From positions 1 through 64,000 of the forward strand of contig DF237255.1 of NCBI GenBank assembly GCA_000708835.1: DNA of 64,000 nt, read 5' to 3'. This stretch comes from Klebsormidium nitens (taxonomy: Eukaryota; Plantae; Klebsormidiophyceae). Position 1 is the first letter of the stretch. The number at the start of each line of letters is the position of its first letter. Positions 60,275 through 64,000 of this stretch are shown in pieces. A program made the position numbers and the translations under genes. The notes beneath the pieces are model-generated. The model was not told the origin of the DNA. It did not search any database and saw only the letters and a program-made list of their open reading frames with translations.

Positions 60275-60417
60275 ACAGTGGACACCCTGACGATTTGCAT
60301 TGGGTGCCCCATGGGCACCTTCGAACCCCTGATCGGGTGCCCTATGGGCACCCTCACGACCCCCTTTGGGGGTCTGGGGCGACCATCGGGTGCCTTTTTA
60401 CCAGGGACGGGGCACCC
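60275..60417. repeat. hAT subterminal repeats (5' end of the element)
   Basis: About seven GGGTGCCC/GGGCACCC-type motifs, including the inverted pairs gggtgccccatgggcacc and gggtgccctatgggcaccc. Confidence 0.85.
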
Positions 60418-60899
60418 AATCGCAACACTGCTTTCGACTTTAACTAAAAGAATTTGCGGACCGCATTCTTCGATTATTGCCGCTGGCGCGCGGTCCTGGG
60501 ACCTAAACATCAGGCATTATATGGAACAAGTTCCACATACCGGTAGGTATACCATCTCGACCGGTAGTCGAAGTACCGGAGGTACTTGAGTCCTAATACC
60601 AGCCTCGGGGCTCGCTTCCGAGGAGATTGAAGCTGCATCCAAATTTCACAGATTTTGATCCTATACTAGTCAGAGTAAAACCGAGCAGAAAGGCGTGATG
60701 ACGTCAGCAAAGCGAGCTTACATTTTGACGACGTGCGCAAAACGAGCTTTTACGTAAGCAAAGCGAGCGCGAGCTTGGAAAGCTCCCCCGGTAAACTACC
60801 GAAGACCCAATCCCGACACTAGAGTAGCTCAGCCAATCACAGTCCACAGGGATTCCAGAGTCCAGTGGCTACTGGCTTTTTGCTCTTAAAATTATTGTA

Positions 60900-61330
60900 G
60901 ACAGGTACCTACGGTAGTCAGTCCTGTGTCCTGCTGGCTGCTTGCAACCGTAGGTACCTCTGCCGGAGGTACCTACCTAGTACCTACCTAGCCTACATCG
61001 TACAAAGCTACAACACAGCCGCGCTAAAAGTAACAACTACAGGTACCTACTTACCTATTCACCTGGTTCAATGGGTAGCTGTACCTATGTAGGTAAGTAT
61101 TTTGAACCTTGACGCTTGAAGCAACAGGGACGGTAGTACCTAGATATGGTTGCAGATACCTACCTAGGTAGGTAAAGGTAAGAAGGTACAAGTCATGTGC
61201 ACTGAGCAGGAATCCATGATGGGTACGGTAATTATTTTACTTACTGTCAGGAAGCCAAAGAAGAGTACCTACCTTCCTAGGTGAGATCATGAGCAACAGA
61301 GCAGCCTGGAGCCTGAGGTAGGTACCTAGC
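60900..61330. repeat. Low-complexity cluster of (T)AGGTACCT(A)/TACCTA motifs upstream of the PPO gene
   Basis: AGGTACCT palindromes occur near 60903, 60953, 60966, 61041 and 61320, interspersed with many tacctac/gtaggta strings. Confidence 0.7.
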
Positions 61331-61510
61331 TGGGTCCATAGAAAAACGTTTCAAATGAAGGAAGGGATTCGCTAGGAAGGGACTTCACTTGGTTGTTTGC
61401 CCGGGCGTCCAAGCTCAGTAACTTCGCACGGCCAGCGCACTAATTGCAAGCTCGCAAGCTTGCATATTACGCCCGCATTGCCAGCTGCCAGCATTCCCTC
61501 CGCCGTCCCA

Positions 61511-64000
61511 ATGATGGCCCCCCGCGTGGCCTGTGTGGCGCTCCTCCTCGCGTCGCTCTTCCTCTGCGCGCCCGACGCCTCCCGCGCGCAGATCGTCATT
61601 CGCAGCAACCGCACCGCCAACGCGTCGGCGCCCGCGCCCGCCATCAGCCTCTCGTCCGGCAATGCAACAAAGCCCGGGTACTCCGGGGGCCTGTTGGGTT
61701 TTCAGCCCGACGGGGGGCTTTACATCACTCCTGACGTCATCAACCAGTGCGAAAGCCTCCCGGGGACTGCGAGCGACGGCTCCGGCAATGCCATGCTCCT
61801 TACGGCGTCGGGTACCGTGACGGACGAGAAGGAGAAGGGGACGGACCTGGGGAACTGCTGCCCGCCGCCTTACGCGGGCGCTCCTGTGGTGAGGAGCTGG
61901 GAGCCCACTGATTTTTCCCCCTGTTTTGTTCTTATAGAGATTTGTGTTGCTCGCACTTTGTCCACCACTCGCCTCAGCTGAAATGCTGTGCGTTAGAATT
62001 TCAGAGTACCAGTTACGGAACAGCATTGTCCTGCATCTTTGTGGGGCTGGTGAATCGGCGCAGCTAACAGCGTCTGTTCCGTTCTTCCTCCCATACTGGG
62101 GAATTGTCATACATGAACAATGTATTAGTTTCTTGGATGTGATTGATCCAGCATTGTCTGAATTGAAGGTTTATTCTGAAGCCGCTCCATAACATGAATT
62201 TGCGCAGCATTTGGGATGGAAGTCTCTGTCTAGAAACTGGGTTCAGTCCCAGAACCAGGGCCTTTACCAGTTGCATTGTGAGGACCTTTCATTTACCAGG
62301 ACATACTATATTTGCTCGCCGCGTTTGCACAACAGGAAAGGTCAACATTCTCACAGGGTGTTGGACTTGACAGCTGGCAATGATTACCCTTAATCACAAT
62401 GGCTGGCAATGATGACCTTAATCTGCTGTCTTCCTTAAAGAGCTAAACTTTGGATGGCTTTGTTAAGCTGCAGACATTCATCTGGTTGAGTTTGAGCAAC
62501 TTTGTTTTTCTAATTCCCCTTTCTCCTCAATGTACATATATTATTGCAGCATATAAATGTGTTCTCCACGAGTCACCTTCATTACTAAATCCCTTTCACG
62601 ATTTTGGTGCCCATGTTCAAGTTAGACTCCTTGCAACTTCTCATCTGGTCTCTGACGAGCTTCATATCAACTTTCACCTGCTTCCTTGGCCAATCCATCC
62701 TCAAACAACTGTCTTTCAACTCTCTCTACTATCCTTTCTATACTGGGGGCCTCAGCCAATCACTCCCCTTCAATATATCTACCTCTCTAGTACTGACTTG
62801 GTGGCGTCCAACTTTTTACAGCTCTTACATATGATCCACCCTCTGTTTGATTGTTTGTCACGAACCCATTTCTGCTCTGCTCATCTCTACTAGAGTCTTA
62901 ACTTCTGAGTGCCTCCATTGCTGCCTTTTCCATAAGTGACAGTCCCTTGCTAATCTGGCATCCGTTTTCTTGCCAGACCCAGACAGACCTCGCTTCCAGT
63001 CCTACTGCTCAACGGGTTACTTAACCAGCTCTTAACCAGCCTGGTCTGGAAAAGCGCCTCAACCCATGGCTAACCCAGCTCGGTTAACGGTCGTTTCGTC
63101 CTGTGCTTTCAGGCCTGGCGCTCCTAACTCGACGTTCAAAGTACTTTTAACTAGCTCATGACCAGCCTTATCTGGTGGAAGCTTAAGGGCATCGACCCAT
63201 CTCTAACCCGGTTTGGTTCATTTTGTCTTCAGGCTTGGCAACCGTATGGTCCGAGCCGCCCCATCGTCGTCCGGCGCTCCTGGTTGGACGTCCAAAACGA
63301 CACAGTGTACATGGAGAAACTCGCGCGCGGCTTCAAGCTGATGAGGACCCAAGGCCCAAACAGCCCCAACAGTCTCCTCAGGCAAGCTAGAGTAAGGCCA
63401 GCTTAACCTTAACCTTAAGTTAACCCTCATCCCTGATGATGCGCAGGGCTTCTAACTGATGAGGGCCCAAGGCCCAAATAGCCCAAACAGTCTCCTCAGG
63501 CAAGCCAGGGTAGGGACCACCTTAACCTTAACTCAACCGTTATCCCTGATGCTGAATACACTCGCAAACCTGATCTTGGGTAGAAGCGCGGAAGGGTCAG
63601 GAGTACGGTTGCTTCCAAAGGGCTGAATCGGATGCAGTTCGTTCGTGGAGCCAGCGAAAGACAGGCAAGGAGTCATGGCGTAAGGTATTTTACCCACGCG
63701 CACGTCCATAACGACTGGTTAAACTTTTTTGAAGATTCGGGTTATGGTACGAAGTACTTAACCCCCACGCAGGTTCATTGCCACCACTGCACTACCGCCA
63801 AAACCCAGGGTTACATCCATAACGGCTGGTTAAACTTTTCGAAGATTTGGGTTATGATACGAAGTACTTAACCCCCACGCAGGTCCATTGCCACCACTGC
63901 ACTACCGCCAAAACCCAGGGTTACATCCATAACGGCTGGCATTTCCTGCCGTGGCACCGCGCCGAGATCTTCTACTTCGAGCAATCGATGCAGTATCTGC
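61511..64000 (+). CDS. PPO: Polyphenol oxidase/tyrosinase (type-3 copper protein) with a signal peptide; 5' part only, continues beyond the window
   Basis: Exons: 61511-61888, 63233-63391, 63883 to beyond 64000, all phase 0. Hydrophobic signal MMAPRVACVALLLASLFLCAPDASRA, then GNCCPP, IVVRRSW..YMEKLARGFKLMR, SLLRQARVHCHHC, and IHNGWHFLPWHRAEIFYFEQ. This matches the plant PPO CuA pattern QQAxxHCxxC..HxSWLFFPWHR. Confidence 0.9.
63450..63520 (+). repeat. Donor-side copy of PPO exon 2 3' end
   Basis: ctgatgagggcccaaggcccaaatagcccaaacagtctcctcaggcaagccagg|gtaggg mirrors the exon 2 end at 63391. Confidence 0.9.
63690..63936 (+). repeat. 110-bp tandem duplication spanning the PPO exon 3 acceptor and the 5' half of the CuA site
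   Basis: Nearly identical units have acceptors ending at 63772 and 63882. An older remnant lies near 63690-63716. Confidence 0.93.

Larger units (their letters stand above)
55708..60430 (-). mobile_element. Complete hAT-superfamily DNA transposon, 4,723 bp
   Basis: Perfect 13-bp TIRs: CAGTGTTGCGATT (55708-55720) and AATCGCAACACTG (60418-60430). Perfect 8-bp TSD CTTTCGAC at 55700-55707 and 60431-60438. Contains subterminal GGGTGCCC/GGGCACCC repeats and an internal transposase gene. Confidence 0.96.

Noticed and set aside
59900-60600. Overlapping ORFs of 100-123 aa in the hAT 5' region
   Set aside because: They result from GC-rich subterminal repeats and have no domain similarity.
55137-60830. 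CACTA element suggested by CACTAGAG at 55137 and about 60817
   Set aside because: Both motifs are in the same orientation, so they cannot be TIRs.
63400-63430. Telomere-like ttaacc repeats (also ccctaa near 14470-14515)
   Set aside because: Only two or three imperfect units, too short to call interstitial telomeric sequence.
1-64000. tRNA, rRNA or snRNA genes
   Set aside because: None recognised by eye; tRNAscan-SE and Infernal would be needed to exclude them.

Overview
Eukaryotic nuclear DNA with GT-AG introns and GC-rich exons. The gene content suggests a streptophyte green alga, probably Klebsormidium-like; this is an inference. I reconstructed seven host genes by hand with phase-consistent splice junctions: HOP2 (-), a large pTAC10/PAP3 orthologue with an S1 domain (+, 18 exons, 17.7 kb), an AHK1-like hybrid histidine kinase (-), TMEM17 (-), a C7orf25/UPF0415-family gene (+), a tectonin-repeat beta-propeller with a plastid-like transit peptide (-), and the 5' part of a signal-peptide-bearing polyphenol oxidase/tyrosinase (+). 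There is also one apparently intact 4,723-bp hAT transposon with 13-bp TIRs, a perfect 8-bp TSD and a spliced 827-aa transposase. The most striking unexplained structure is a set of polarised exon-edge arrays. In five of the seven genes, introns carry tandem degenerate copies of the neighbouring splice site plus exon edge, with acceptor copies upstream of the exon and donor copies downstream, and most copies keep their AG or GT. One 599-N assembly gap lies inside such an array. All homology calls come from recalled motif similarity, not from database searches.
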